Source: Lama guanicoe
Taxonomy: Eukaryota
Direction of reading: 5' to 3'
Length of the DNA: 64,000 nucleotides
Assembly (NCBI GenBank): GCA_013239625.1
Contig: MU053588.1
Location: 3,624,799 to 3,688,798, forward strand
Shown in pieces: positions 35,214-49,760 of this stretch; position 1 is the stretch's first letter, and every line of letters starts with the position of its first letter. Made by a program: the position numbers and the translations under genes. The notes under the pieces are model-generated. The model did no database searches, was not told the DNA's origin, and saw only the letters and a program-made list of their open reading frames with translations.

Positions 35214-38200
35214 AGAGTTTGAGCCCGTCTGCGCAGGATTCAAATCCTGGCTTTGCAACTCACCAACTTTGGGGCCTTGGGTGAATTACTTCACCTCTCT
35301 CTTATTTGGCTCACGAGGAGGGAGGTAGCCAAGGGGATCTGAGAAAGCACAAAAGGACTGTGCCCTAGAACACGCATAGACATTTGCATAATGTTTTTTC
35401 CAGAGTTGGGTATTTCTGTGGTATGAGCCCCAACCTCAGATCCCCAGAATATAGGAAATAATCATAAAAATAAAATATCTTATCTTTTAGATTAATAATA
35501 ATATAAAGACTGAAGACTAATTTTATTCCTTTCCAGCTCCAAACTCTTCTACAACTGCACCCACCTCGACTTCATTCCCAGCAGCTCTGTCCTGCACTGA
35601 CCTTGCCCTAGCAGTTGTCTTTAATTTCATTCATTCCTTCATTTAGGGGCCTTCTGTGACTCTGGACTCTGAGGGTACAACAGTGGGGAAAACAGACTCA
35701 GACCTTGCCCCAGAACATGCCCTAATACACAATAGGTGCTCAATAAAAGTTTTCAGAATGAATAAAAATGGTCTCTCCCTCCCTCTCTCTCTCTCTTTTT
35801 TTCAGTCCATGCTTACAGAATAAAAAGTTAACCACCCCTGTATCTGACCCTCCAATTTTGTCTTTGAAATTTGCTGGTTCACAAGCTCCAAACTCGGTTA
35901 TTGGACAGTGTCCCAAGGCCACAGTTCTTTCCCAAGCAGGCCCTGACCTATTTCCCCAGCCTCATCTCGTGACTCCCTCCCACGCAAAGCTGCACCCACT
36001 GCCCAGAACAAAGCAGATTCTCTCAGGCCTTTGCTACTTGGCCTTGCAGGCCCTGCTTCAACATCACTTCCTCCAGGAAGACATCCTGGATCCTAAGCTG
36101 ACTCTATTTGTGTCTCTGCTACATGATTTAGTTATATATATGTTGTCCCAGCTTTAGCCACAGAGTAGAAGTTCTCTGCAGAGTCCCAGTAGAGCCATGC
36201 TAACTCAGCTGACAGTGCTCCTCCCAGCCATCAGAGGGTGATTTCAGAACACTAACCTGACTTCCTGGCTTAAACTCCCACAATGGTTCTCAGTTACTCT
36301 TAACAGTTAAGATGCCTGCAAGGTTCAAATCTTGAATCCATTTCTCATTTATTCTGAAACTCTGAGCTAGTGACATCACCTCTCCAGGCCTCTGTTTCTC
36401 CATAGGATTATTAGGTAGATTAAATAGACTGTTTCCTATAAAGCAGTTGGAACAGTGTCAGACACAGGACGTTCTCAGGACAGCTAGCTGCTGCATCACT
36501 CAGGGTCTCAGCAGGAAGCAGACAGCAAATCCAAACTGAATGACTGGGGAGAGTTTAAGAAAAAGACTATTTACAAAGGTGGAGCAGTAAGCAGGGAAAC
36601 TATAAGGGTGGTGAATCACCTCAAGACTACAAAGATGGGAGCTTTGATTACTTCCAGGTCTGAATGAACCTCAACATGTGTGGAGTGGACCTCAGGACAG
36701 GAGATATGGCCTTAGGTGGAAAGACACAGCCAGCCAGAGGCAACCTCCACATCAGGGAGGAAGTTGGGGAAATAAATACTCCTCCCTCCAATCTCTTGTC
36801 AGTGACAAATCCAAACAGGAAGCTAGAGGTCAAGAAAGCCCACTGTAGTCCATACTGAGCAGCCTCTCAAGATCTGATCATATTCCCAAGAGTATGGCAG
36901 GGAAAGGGGGAGTGTGGCTCTGAAGAAGCAAATGAAAATACTTAGCATATTAATAATATCATCATCTTATAATTAAATTCCTCTTCATGGTCTAAGAGGG
37001 TCTTCAAGTTCCAGCCGCCCTCTTTCCACCCCATTACCCCTACCTCCCATACTCCTCTCTGAAACCCAGAAATTGACCGGGAAGGAGTGCAAGGCAGCCC
37101 TCTGAAGTGATGGTAAGGTTGGGATTCATTACAGGAATCTGGCTGGCACAAATCTACATATTTGTCCTAACTCTAATGGTGCACTAAAGATTTGTTCATT
37201 TCAGTGTATGTAAACTTAACTTGAAAAGTAAAAACAAATAAGTAAGATTGAATAATAAATAAATATTGAACTCTCATTAATTTTACACATGCCATAATGT
37301 TGAGAAGGAAGAGTACTGGTGATGGCCAACTTATTTTGAAATGCATCAAAAAATCAGAGGGAGTGATGGATGGACAAGGAGATAGAAAGAAAGGTGGATG
37401 TGTGATAAAGCAAGTGGAGTAAAATGGTAATGGAAGAATCTAGGTGATGGGTACACAAGTGTTCACTGTGAAATTATTTCAGCTTTTCTCTCTGTTTGAA
37501 ATTTTTCATTAAAAAAGTTTGGGAAATGTAAAACTAAAGGTTGATGAGGATGGCATCAGCAAAAAATTTTGGATTGAATTGGTTAGAGGAGCCAAGAAAA
37601 TAAGAATTTCATTGGGACTTTCCACAGAAACCACAGTCACTTCCCTGAAGCATTCAGGAATAAATTATGCCAACTGTCAAGTCCCAGCTCTAAAGGAAGG
37701 CAGTCTGTAGAAAAACGCAGAGAAAAGAAAAGACAGTGCCCCACTTCTCAGAAATCCTGTGACAAAGTTACCTGTTTAACATCTGGACTCATTTACTATT
37801 CATTCAACAAACATTTATTGAAACCCTCCTCTGTGCCCAGCCCTGCCCTCAGAGGACTCAAAGTCCAGTGGTGGAGACAGACTTGTTTCTCAAATAAAGA
37901 TGATCTAGAGCGATCAGAACAGTTATGGGGGAAGCGCAGGGGCTGCGGGAGCCCCAAAGGAGGCACCGGATCCAGACTGGAGGTCAGAGAAGGCTTTCTG
38001 CTGGAGAGGTTACCCGAGCTGAGTCTTAAAGGAGTGGGAGTCAGCCAGATAGAGAGAGAGGGCAGGACAAGAGAAAAGCATTCTGGGCAGAAGAAATGGC
38101 CCAGGAAGTGAGCGTGGAAAATCCAGGAAGTGAGCAGAAGAGTAGGATGCTTACAGTAAACTGAAAGTTCGGCACAACTGGAATACGAATGTAAATAAAG

Positions 38201-38959
38201 GGTGAGAAGAGTCTGAAGAAGCATGAAGCAGTCAGCACGAAGTGGAAGGGCAGGTATAGCTCCATAAACCGCAGTAAAGCATTTGGACCATATCCTGACA
38301 GTACTGGGGAGTCATGAAGAGGTCATAGACAGTGGGAGGACTTGATCAGATTTGCAAACTATTCCAGTTGCAGAGCAAGTGAGGCAGGGGGTGGGTGAAG
38401 GAACACATTTGTCAGGATAGGCTCACTTATACTGTGGTGACAACTCCAGAATCCAGTGGCTCAACAAACAAGGTTTATTCCTTGCTCGCGCATTATTTGT
38501 CACCCTGTTCCACGTTGTTCTCACCCTACAACCTTGGCTGACAAAAGCTCTGCCATATGGAAGGTCAGTGGTCAACAAGGACAGAGAACGTGCAAAATCA
38601 CACACATCAGCTGAAACGCTTCAACCGGAAGCACCACATGTCCCTTCCGCTCCTATTTCATTGGCCACAGCAAGTCATTTGGCCCTGTATTTCTTCCAAG
38701 CATGGGGAAGGGTGATCCTCCCAAATGCCCAGCAGTAGAAGACGACTGACTGTTGGTGGCCAGGAGGAATGCCCACCATGGGACGTGAGAAGTCAAGAGA
38801 AGAGGGAGCGTGGACTCAGGAGGTAGAAAAGGAAGAAATGAATAGATTTAAGAGACATGCAAGAGTCACACAGAATTCTATCTGCTGGCCACCTGTCCTA
38901 ATCTCTTATTCTAAAAAAACCCACCCAACAAACAGAAAACAATCAAAGTAACAATTAGG

Positions 38960-39270
38960 CAAAATGGGGAGATGTTGATCAAAGGGGAAAAACTTCTAGT
39001 TATGAGTAAGTTCTGAGCATCTAAGATACAGCATGGTGACTATAATTAATAATATAGTATCATTTACTTGAAAGTCGCTAAGAGAGTAGATCTCAAGTGT
39101 TCTCACCACACTCACAAAAAATAGTAACTATGTGAGGTGATGGAAGTGTTAATTAGCTTGACTGTGGTAACCGTTTCACAATGTATACATATATCAAGTC
39201 ATCATTTTGTGCATCTTAAAAATATACAGTTTTTATTTGTCAATTATAGCTTGATAACACTGTGGGAAAA
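38960..39270 (+). mobile_element. L1MA/MB-type 3' end
   Basis: ttgaaagtcgctaagagagtagatctcaagtgttctcaccac...aactatgtgaggtgatgga. Confidence 0.7.
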
Positions 39271-39339
39271 AAAGTCAGGTGGCTGCTGGAACAAAAATGG
39301 GCTCTGAGGGCCGCTTATAGTAGCAGCTAACATTGGGGT

Positions 39340-39667
39340 CCCCAGTGCTTTTCTAAACCAGCACCAACAGAAATAAAACGTGAGCCTCATATATAATTCT
39401 AAATTTTCTGGTAACTATATTCCAAAAAGCAAAAAGAAGCTGGTGATTAATCCTATTTTAACCCAACACATCCAAAATAGTATCATTTGCGATTGTGATC
39501 AACATAAAAATTATGAATGAAGTATTTACATTTAAAACATTTTTATACTAAGTCTTCAAAATGTAGTGTGTATTTTACACTGACAGCACACCTCTGTTGA
39601 GACCAGCCACATTTCAAGGGCTCAGTAGCCATCGGTGGCTAGTGGCTACCCTATTGGACAGAGCAGA
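39340..39667. mobile_element. hAT-Charlie MITE (MER33/MER3-like)
   Basis: ccagccacatttcaagggctcagtagccatcggtggctagtggctaccctattggacag. Related pieces at ~46187-46385, ~47995-48167 and ~53970-54360. Confidence 0.65.
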
Positions 39668-40134
39668 TATAGACACATTAGCTAATTAGTATATCTTCAC
39701 AACAGCATTATGAAGTTGGAATCGCTTCCATTTTGTAGATGAGAAAACCGAGGCACAGAAAGATGAAGGGGCTTGCCCAAAGTCACAAACTGGAGGAAGA
39801 GCAGCATTTTAGACCAGGCGATGGAGCTCCTGGCATGTAGGACCAAGAGGGGCTCGTTCACAGATCATTTATTAGGCTGGGTGAGTGACAGCCCTTGGGA
39901 GCCCACTCCCTACTCACTAGAGGTCTCTGCGGGGAGAGAATGATGATAGTTCTTAAGAAGCCTGAAGGGGAAACCCACAGTGGGACCCAAGCAGGAGGGT
40001 GTGGGTGGGAATGCAGAGACGTGGGAAAGGACTGGGCTATTTTCCCTCTTACCCACCATAGGTTGCCAAGGAGTTAGGAAAAACCCCTTGTGCATCTGGC
40101 TGCAGACTGGTGGCTGTAAACGTTGAATCCTCTA

Positions 40135-40822
40135 TTTTTTTTTAATTGAAGTATAGTTGATTTACAATATTGTGTTAGTTTTAGGTGTACAGCAAAGTGA
40201 TGCAGTTATACATATATATGTAAATTTTTTAAAATTCTTTTCCATTATAGGTTATTACAAGACATTGAATATAGTTCCCTGTGCTATGCAGTAAATACTT
40301 GCTGTTAATCTATTTATATGTAGTAGTGTGCATCTGTTAATCCTATACTCCCAATTTATCCCTCCTCCGCCCTTCCCTTTTGGTAACCACAAAACTCTAC
40401 ATTTGTGAGTCTCTTTCTGTTTTGTAATTAAGTTCATTTGCACTATTTTTCAGATTCCACATATAAGTGATATCATATAAAATTTGTCTTTCTCTGTCTG
40501 ACTTACTTCACTTTGTGTGATAATCTCTAGGTCCATCAATGTTGCTGCAAATGGCATTATCTCATTCTTTTTTCTGGCTGAGTAATATTCGTGTGTGTGT
40601 GTACCACAGCTTCTTTATCCATTCATCTGTTGATGGACACTTAGGTTGCTTCCATATCTTGACAATTATAAATAATGCTGCTATGAACGTTGGGGTGCAT
40701 GTATCTTTTCAAATGTCTTTGGTTTTTCAATTATATACCCAGGAGTGGAACTGCTGGGTCATATGGTAGTCCTAGTTATAGTTTTTCGAGAAATCACCAT
40801 ACTGTTTTCCATAGTGGCTGCA
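40135..40822 (-). mobile_element. L1 3' end
   Basis: Poly(T) followed by aattgaagtatagttgatttacaat... and antisense ORF2 C-terminus. Confidence 0.85.
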
Positions 40823-41224
40823 TGTATCTCTTTATCATCGGATGAAGCAGAACGTTGGAGTGAGTTCCCTGTGAAGTCCCGGACCAGGGCGGGTGGGGTG
40901 GCAAAGCCTACTATGTCAGCTCTGGAATAAGAACTCCAGTCTCCCTTTTTATGACCAGTCCTTTCCAAACAGGGAAACTGAGGCTCAGAGAAGACACATG
41001 GCTCATTCAAGATCACACAGGAAGGATGGAAAGGACGCATTAAAAAGGACAGAAAAATCTCATCCCACGCCCATCCTGTGGCTACCCAACCTCTTTTCCA
41101 GAAGCAAGAATATTTACTGCCTTGGTGGAATTTCTTGAGCTATTTTAGGCTGATACAAGCATTCATACGTGGATCGTTTTTTTACACAATGTTGGCACAC
41201 AGCTCTGCATCTTACTTTAATTTT

Positions 41225-41340
41225 TTTGGAGGGGGTAGAATTAGGTTTGTTTGTTTGTTTGTTTATTTAACAGAGGTACTGGGGATTGAACCCAGGGCCT
41301 TTTGCACACTTAGCATGCACTCTGCGCGATACACTCCCCC
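41225..41340 (-). mobile_element. tRNA-derived SINE
   Basis: gaggtactggggattgaacccagggcc...ttagcatgcac, the reverse of the consensus. Confidence 0.8.
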
Positions 41341-42945
41341 TGCTTTAATTTTTCACTTAACAATAATATTATCTTCAAGACCTCTCTAGATTAATGCATA
41401 GAGATGTGCCTCTTTTTTTTTAATGTCCTTAGAGCATCAAACTGTCTGAATGTACCATAAGTATCTTAACCAGCCCCCTCTTAATAAACACTTAGGTGAT
41501 TCCTAATCTTTTGCCATTACAAGCACTACTGTAATTAATATCACTTGGGCAGATCTCGTGATGGCCACATGATCCATTCCTGTGAGAGGAATTCCCAAGG
41601 GGAAAACCGCCAAGTCAAAAGTGTCTATATTCTATATCTTGTAATAATAACCTTTAATGAAAAAGAATATGAAAATGAATCTATGTATGTATGTGCATGA
41701 CTGGGACATTGTGCTGTACACCAGAAATTGACACTGTGTAACTGACTGTACTTCAATTAAAAAAAAAGTGATGTGTATTTGTCATTTTGAAAAACATTGC
41801 CACGTTGCCCTTCAAATTCCTCCATCTGCAGCTGGTTGACTGCCCATTTCTCAAAAGAGTTTTTTGCTCTCTCTCTATGGTGTCTGAGTCTTTTACAGTG
41901 AGAAGGTATCCATGTATTACTTATGTAATTAAGGTTAAATAAGCCCTTCATTAAAAACACAAACCTGGGAAGAAGAGAAACCAGCAAGGCCAGTTCGGGC
42001 AGAGCCTCCCTCCCTGTCCCCTGTCACACCTGCCTTGTCCCCAGAAAGCCCTGCCTGATATTGAAATCCATTTCTCAAGCGCAAACATGGACCTCAAAGA
42101 TCAAACCTTAGAAAAAAAAATACAGAGATGAGATTACACCATCCCCTTTCTGTTGATTTTACTAGGTCTTCCTGCTCTGCATATTTTTCGTCTTTCTCCT
42201 CCTTTTCCTTCTTTCTCTGACTTCTGTTATGGTGAGCGCTATACTGAAAATGTTTTAAAGTTCTGTCCAGTTTAATAATAGAATACTTAAGTGATGCAGA
42301 ACTTGGCATTTTATAACAAGAAACAGAGAAGGAAAGGGAAGAATAGCTAGGAGCTTAGAAGTAGAAACTGGAAGAGGAAAACAATAATCTAATCTATTTA
42401 AAACACATCAGTCTCCCCCAAATATTTAACTCATTTGCTATGATGTGATAACACTTCCTCCCTGGTGCCAGAAGAAATCTTGTTGCAACACATAACAAAT
42501 AGGATTATGGGATCCTGGATCAACATATTATTAAATGCCCATATTGTGGAAAAAAAAACCACATCAATCTCTTCCTTTTCCTTTCCTTCCTCTTCCTGAG
42601 CACAAGCAAGTAGGTTATGCAAGAGGGGCTGGAGAGGGGCGGAGGGGGCGCAGCGCCCAAAACAGGGTGTCAGAGCCCAAGTAGGGTGAGCGGGGCATCC
42701 ACCCCAGGGGCCAGCGGTGTGGACAGTGACAGCCATAAGAGAATGGTTACTTTCAGGGGGATCGGACAAATAAGTAAATATTTTAAGGGCACTGAGAGCC
42801 AGATTTCTCACTGCTGGAGAAATGAGCTACAACTCCGCAAAGGCAGAAAACAAGAATGAACCCTGTAGTGCTGGGCTGGCATTGGAGACATCAGTGTAAA
42901 CTCATGGCTTTCAATATAGAGAGATAGATGTAGAAACAAATACAG

Positions 42946-42948
<3 letters not shown>

Positions 42949-42982
<34 letters not shown>
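42949..42982. repeat. (CA)n microsatellite
   Basis: Read directly from the sequence. Confidence 0.95.
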
Positions 42983-42983
<1 letters not shown>

Positions 42984-43207
42984 TCCCTATCTCTGTCCAC
43001 TGAAAGAGCCTGGGTGCAGGAAGAGCCCAATAGCGTTGATCACATGGAGCTCCTAACTCTTGGTTTCTAAATGTCATTCTCCAGTGAAATATACCAGGGC
43101 TTCCTGGAGTAAAGGCTGATTCCAGGACTGGGACAGGGAAAGTACAAGGCGAGCCTGGCACATCTTGTTGTGCCAGGAAACAAAGAAATGCTCAAAGAAC
43201 GATGGGA

Positions 43208-44400
43208 GTCTCTTTCTGTTTTGTGAATAAGTTCATGTGTATTATTTTTTAAGATTCTACACTTTAAGATTCTACATATAAGTGAGAGCATAGGATATTT
43301 GTCTTTGTCTGACTTACTTCCTACTATATATAAGATAAACAGTAAGGTCCTACTGTATTGCACAGGAAACTATATTCAATATCTTGTAATAGCCTAAAAT
43401 AAAAAGGAATGCAAATCAGAACTACAATGAGGCATCATCTCACACCAATCAGAATGGCCATCAATCAAAAGTCCATAAACGATAAATGCTGGGGAGGGTG
43501 TGGAGAAAAGGAAATCCTCCTACACAGTTGGTGGGAATGTAGTTTGGTGCAGCTGTTAATGGAAAACAGTATGGAGATTCTCAAAAAACTAAAAATAGAC
43601 TTACCATATGATCCAGCAGTTCCACTCCTGGGCATATATCCAGAGCGAACCTTAATCCAAAAAGATACATGCACCCCAATGTTCATAGCAACACTATTTA
43701 CAATAGCCAAGACATGGAAACAACCCAAATGTCCACCGACAGATGACTGGATAAAGAAGTTGTGGTATATTTATGCAATGGAATACTACTCAGCCATAAA
43801 AAAATAATAAAATAATGCCATTTGCAGCAACATGAATGGACCTGGAGAGTGTCATACTTAGTCAAGTAAGCCAGAAAGAGAAGAAAAATACCGTATGATA
43901 TCACTCATATGTGGAATCTCAAAAAAAAAAAAAAAGAAGACAAATGAACTTGTTCACAAAGCAGAAACAGACTCACAGACATAAACAAATTTGTGGTTAT
44001 TGGTGGGGGGAAGGGATAAATTGGGAGCTCAAAATTTGCAGATAGTAACTAATATATATAAAATAGATAAGTTCATACTGTATAGCACAGGGAACTATAT
44101 TCAATATCATGTAGTAACTTATTGTGAAAAAGAATATGAAAACAAATATATGTATGTTCGTGAATGACTGAAGCATTATGCTGTACACACAGATCCTACT
44201 GTGTGGTCCAATGGACACATTGTAAACTGACTATAGTTCAATAAAAATATATATAAAAAAGAAAAACAAAATGAAAAGGAATATATATATACACACACAC
44301 ATATATATATATATATATAAAAAACTGAATCACTATGCTGTACACCAGAAACTAACACAACATTGTAAACCAACTATATACTTCAATAAAATAAAAAAAG
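43208..44400 (+). mobile_element. Nested L1 insertions: 5'-inverted L1 3' end interrupted by a younger L1 (43411-44267)
   Basis: The inner L1 has an open ORF2 C-terminus (ORF 43409..43807) and TSD aaaataaaaaggaat/aaaatgaaaaggaat. The outer L1 has an antisense segment 43208-43320 and TSD aaagaacgatggga/aaagactgatggga. Confidence 0.8.
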
Positions 44401-45150
44401 ACTGATGGGGACAGGCCAAAATGACACAGGAGCCAGCTGGAAAGGGCTGCCACAGGTCAAACTGGGGACAATTGGAACATCAAAACAAACAATGATTGCA
44501 ATAGATTACAATCCCTTGACGCTATGAGGCTACTCTGATATGACTAAATAAATGAATAAATCGAAAGTTTGACAAAGAACAGGATATTTACGTGACCCCA
44601 AAACACCTCTCCAGAAAACATGTAAATCACAAATGGGAAAAAAGTTGACTTTACAGTGAAGAAGCCTGGAAGACACCACCTGAGTATGAACATTCTGATG
44701 GGATGTAAGGTCCTAACATCACTTCTGTGACACCCCTGCCAAACATGCATTACTGGAATCGGATCATGAGAAGATATTACACGAATGCAAAGTGATGGAC
44801 ATCCCACCCCAAAGCTGGCCTGTAATGTTTCCAAGAGTCAGGAAGGTCAAGGAAAGAATGAAGAATTTTTCCAGACAAAAGGAAGCTAAATAGACATGAC
44901 AAGGAAATGCCATGCAAGAATCTAGATTGGAATCTTTGCTATGAAGGCTGTTACTGGGACAACTGGTGACACTGGAATGGAGCATGAGGATTAAATGGTA
45001 GTAATTTATCAATGCTAATATTTTTTATTTTTGAGATTGTACTTTGGTTATGTAGGAGAAGATCTCGGTCTTAGGAAACACACCCTAAACATCTATATGT
45101 GATGGGACATAATATCAGTAATTCATTCTTACATGGTTCAGGAAGAAGAA

Positions 45151-45156
<6 letters not shown>

Positions 45157-45186
<30 letters not shown>

Positions 45187-45367
45187 ACATTTTTGTTGAT
45201 TCATAATCATTTTACAGTGTTGTGTCAAATTCCAGTGTTCAGTACAATTTTTCAGTCATACATGGACATATACACACTCATTGTCACATTTTTTTCTCTG
45301 TGATTTATCATAATATTTTGTGTATATTTCCCTGTGCTATACAGTGTAATCTTGTTTATCTGTTCTA
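45157..45367 (-). mobile_element. Young 5'-truncated L1 3' end
   Basis: Pure poly(T) tail and exact 17-bp TSD aggaagaagaattttct (45140-45156, 45368-45384). Confidence 0.88.
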
Positions 45368-47540
45368 AGGAAGAAGAATTTTCTGTACTGTACTTGCAAA
45401 TTTTCTGTAATTTTGAAATATTTCAATTTAAAAATATTAAAGCAGTGCTTTTAAAACTTCTTTGAACACATTGGGAGTGAGAAATGTATTTGACATCAAG
45501 ACTGGTACAAAATATATTTGTGAGGCCAAAACAAAAAGCATCACTAAACAAAACATAGCCTTGCTTAAAAAGATAGTATCAAATATGGTTTTATAAATTG
45601 CTAATATAATACAAGAAAATAAATTGCAAGAGAAACAGTAAAGAAACATATCCCAAAAGCATGGGTAGAGCTTACTAAATTGATTTCCTGACCTATGATT
45701 TTTGTCTAGTCTTTTCCCAAGTATATTATAAGAGCAAACACATATATAGGCTGTATCATGCCCCAGGCACTGTTCTAAGTATTTTGCAGATACTGCGTAA
45801 TCCTCACAACAATCATATGAGGAAGGTAACATTCATTCCCGTCTTAAAGTTGATTAAACTATGGCAGAAAAAGTTTAAGTAATTTGCCCACGGTCACACA
45901 GCTAGGAGAAGGTGGAGCAGGCTTAAAATTCGAGCCTGACTTCACAACACCTTGCAAAAGAGATAGGATTATCCCTCATTGGGCAGATTGGGTAACCAAG
46001 GCTCAGGGAGACTAAAGTGGCCAGGCTGATTCTGAAAAGCAGAGGCTGGTCCCCAAGAACAGACTTGCATAGTCAGGGAGAAATGTCCGTGCTTAGATCC
46101 CAAACCAGAAACCACTGTTTGTTCATCAAGCCCAATTATAAGAAGGCAGCACTCCACTGTCGCCAACACTCAGGCTGTCAGTGGAGAGCTTCGCTGTCCA
46201 ACATGACAGCCACAAGCCACATATGGCTGGTTAAATTTAAGTTAATTTGAATTAAACAAAATTAAAACTCCAGTGTCTCACACTCGTCGCTTTTAAACAT
46301 ACACTCACGAGCTGATGGTTCCCACACAGCCCAGCACAGACTACAGGCCATTTCCGTGGTCCCAGGAGGTTCTGTTGAATAGGGTCGAAGCTAGACATTG
46401 CTTTGCAAGGGTTCGAAAATCATTCTTTCAAAAGAGGGGACTAGAACATTCTGGATATCCTCTAGTTATATGCAAGAGCAAATTCTGTCAGATTTTTTGT
46501 TAACCACAGTAAATTGTGTTTTCACTGAAGTGGCATTTCCATATAAACTAACAAGGCAGAAAAGGAAGCCCATTAGCCCACAAACCCCAACTTGGGTTTA
46601 CGATCCACGGCCATGATACCTGACAGTACTTGTAAACTCCCACCTTGTATATTTCTAATCCATGGGCTTGAAACCCCAGATCTTGCTTCTGTGTTTGGCA
46701 TTCTGTGTCACACAATGTATGCATTGCCCTGAAGAATTACAGGTAGAGAAAAAAGAAAACATAGTGTCTGCAAATACCAGCAGCTACGGATTTCTAAATG
46801 CTCAGCCCAACCAGGGCTGTTACCGACCTAACCTTCATCGTTCTCACCCTATCCCTAGGAAGCACGTGTGAGTATGTCCATTTTAGAAAAAAGACACAGT
46901 GCTCACAGAAGTGAAGTCACCTGCCCAAGTCCACACAGGTAATAAATAAGGAATACGAACTTAGATCTTTCCACCCCAAAATCCACATTCAGTTTCTTCC
47001 TGTGAATGGATTTATCTAATCCAAAGCAAGCCAAGGAGAGACACTGATTCCAGCATAAAAATAATTCTGACAGCCCACTGGAAAGTTCATCATGATATTC
47101 ATCAAAGCTATTAGGATCACAGTAGACTAACAACTGAATTCATGCTGATGCTAGGTCAGAGGGAGGGTGGAGAGTAGGAAAGAATAACAGATGAAAAGCT
47201 TTTTTAAATGATTAAAGATAAGAATGAGGGGAGGAAATGTCTGGCTGGCTAAATTTTTCCCCAATCTGTTGCTGACACATTCTCTAACTGGGCCCCAACG
47301 CTCATCAACATCACCACCAGGTGGATTGAAATGATAGGTCTTTTCTATCTTACCCTCTAGAGTCCAGTGCTGTGTTCACATATTGAGGTATGAGGAAGTC
47401 ATTCTGGCTTATACATGATCTTTACACTAAACTTTATGCTAACTAGAACAGCCTGTTTTGTGGCCTCTCAAACACACATTGGACGTCTGCTTTAACCATT
47501 AAAGAAAAGAATGCATTTAAAAATCAAAATTGAGTAACTG

Positions 47541-47991
47541 TGGTTTAGGTGTTCAAAATGGAGCCAGGTGGCCACTGCGGATGTGGTTTCAGATATGTTC
47601 CTGCATCACTGAGAACTGGAATTTTCTGAACTGTATCTGACTCGAGGACACCCACAGCCGTTCTCAAAACAGTATCTGCTAGCAGCTGCCAGCTGCAACC
47701 ACATGGTCTCAAGGTCTCCCCTTGTAACTAAGCAACCATTTTGGACCCCAACCAATTCCTGCCTAACAAGCACCCTTACTTCTTGCCAGCTCCAGTCCTG
47801 ATTCTTGACAAGCAACTTATGTAATTTTGCAGATTTTAACTTTTATGAGCATCCCCCAACGTGTAGTCCAGCAGAACACAATTCAAGTGCTTCTTGAATC
47901 TGTATTTCCCGGGCTATAGTCCTCAGTTTGGCTCAGCTAAAACTCATTTTTATTCCTATTATAGATTATTAATTGATTATTTCTGTTGACA
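47541..47991 (+). mobile_element. ERV1-like solo LTR
   Basis: 3' end closely resembles the LTR at 9376-9919 (ggctatagtcctcag.ttgg.tca...attcctat.atagatt...tgaca). TSD actg/gctg. Confidence 0.7.
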
Positions 47992-49129
47992 GCTGTAATA
48001 ATGTGAGATTTTTTATCTGAAACTGTTCATACAGTGGCCACATGTGGTTATTTGACCACTTGAAGAGTGCTGAGGAATTGAATTTTAAATTTTATTTAAT
48101 TTTAATGATTTAAACTTAAATGTATACAGCCACATGTCGCTAGTGGCTACTGTATTGAACAGTGCAGCACTAGGTGGTGAGCTGTGAAGGTTAGGGCAGG
48201 GCTTTCCCATCTGTGTTCCCCAACACCTAACATGTGAATGAGTTGTTTTGCGGGGGGCACCTTCTAGGGTCAGACTCCCTGGATCCAAACCCCAGCTCTG
48301 GGACACCTAGAGGAAGAAACCTAATCTTGTTTGTACCTCAGTGTTTGCATCTGTAAAATGGAGCACCATAAGTGGGCCTCACAGAAAGTTTCAAGTTTTG
48401 GAATCTAAGTGGAGGGCAAATGGCTGTGCATTGCATGATCTTTTCAACTTGTCTGTGGGTGTGAAATTGTTCATAATGAAAGCTGGAAAACAAAATGCTA
48501 GTACTAAAAACAAACAAACAAAAAAACACAAGCACTATTTTACAAGACTTCTCTGAGTATTCAATGACACCTGGAAAGTGCTTACCACAGTGCTTGGCAC
48601 GTAGAAACAATGGATCCTTTTAAAAGTTGAAGAAATACTTATTTGGCAAATATCTATTCTCTGTAGGATACCAGAGACAGAACCTAAAAGAAATAAGAAC
48701 ATTCAGTGAGTACTTCCTAGATACCAGATACTGTCCTAACTGTTTTATATATATTAGCTGATTTTTTTAAATTAAAAAAATGTTTTATTGAAGAGCAACG
48801 GACATACAACAAATACATGAATCAAGTGAAAATTTATATAAATTTCATACACATTATTTATATTTATATTCACCTGAGTAATGACCTCAAGAGTCAAGAC
48901 GTAATATATTTATCACCCCAGATGACTCTTTCATATCCTTTTACAGTCAATACGGTCCAGCACCCACTCCAGTGCCACAAATGTAAGCACTACTTTGAGG
49001 CTAGTTTTGCTTCTTCCTGAAATTCATATAAATAAAATCATACAGAGCGCACTCTTTTGGTGCTTTTCCCTTAGTATGTTATCTTTGAGACTCTCCAAAG
49101 TGGCATTATTTAATATAATAGAGAATGTT

Positions 49130-49760
49130 TTCCAAGACAGGGAAACAACCTAAATGTCAATCAATAGATGACTAGATAAAGAAGTTTTGGTATGTGTGTG
49201 TGTGTGTATACATAAGTATGTATATGTATATATATATATATGTGTGTGTGTATGTGGTATGTGTACATATATTATATATATATAATGTGCATATATAATG
49301 GAATACTACTCAGCCATTAAAAAGAATGAAATGCCATTTGCAGCAACATGGATGGACCTAGAGGTTGTCATACTAAGAGAAGTAAGCCAGAAACAGAAAG
49401 ACAAAAACTATATATTACTTATATGTGGAATCTAAAACACTGACACAAATGAACTTATTTACAAAGCAGAAACAGATGCACAGACATAGAAAACAAACTT
49501 ATGGTTACCAGAGGGCAAAAGGAGGGGGGAGTTTGGGATTTGCAGATACACTCTATTATATATATAAAATACTATGTATATAAAATAAACAACGAGGTCC
49601 TACTGTATAGTACAGGGAACTAAATTCAATATCTTATAGTAACCTATAATGAAAAAGAATATATGTGTGTGTGTGTGTGTGTGTGTGTAATTGAATCACT
49701 ATGCTGTACACCAGAGACTAACAAGACATTGTAAATTGACTATACTTCAATTTAAAAAAA
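49130..49760 (+). mobile_element. L1 3' end with (TG)/(TA) microsatellites
   Basis: ccaagacagggaaacaacctaaatgtc...tgctgtacaccagagactaac...cttcaatttaaaaaaa. Confidence 0.82.

Noticed and set aside
43409..43807. 132-aa ORF with strong protein-like character
   Set aside because: C-terminus of L1 ORF2 in a 5'-truncated element.
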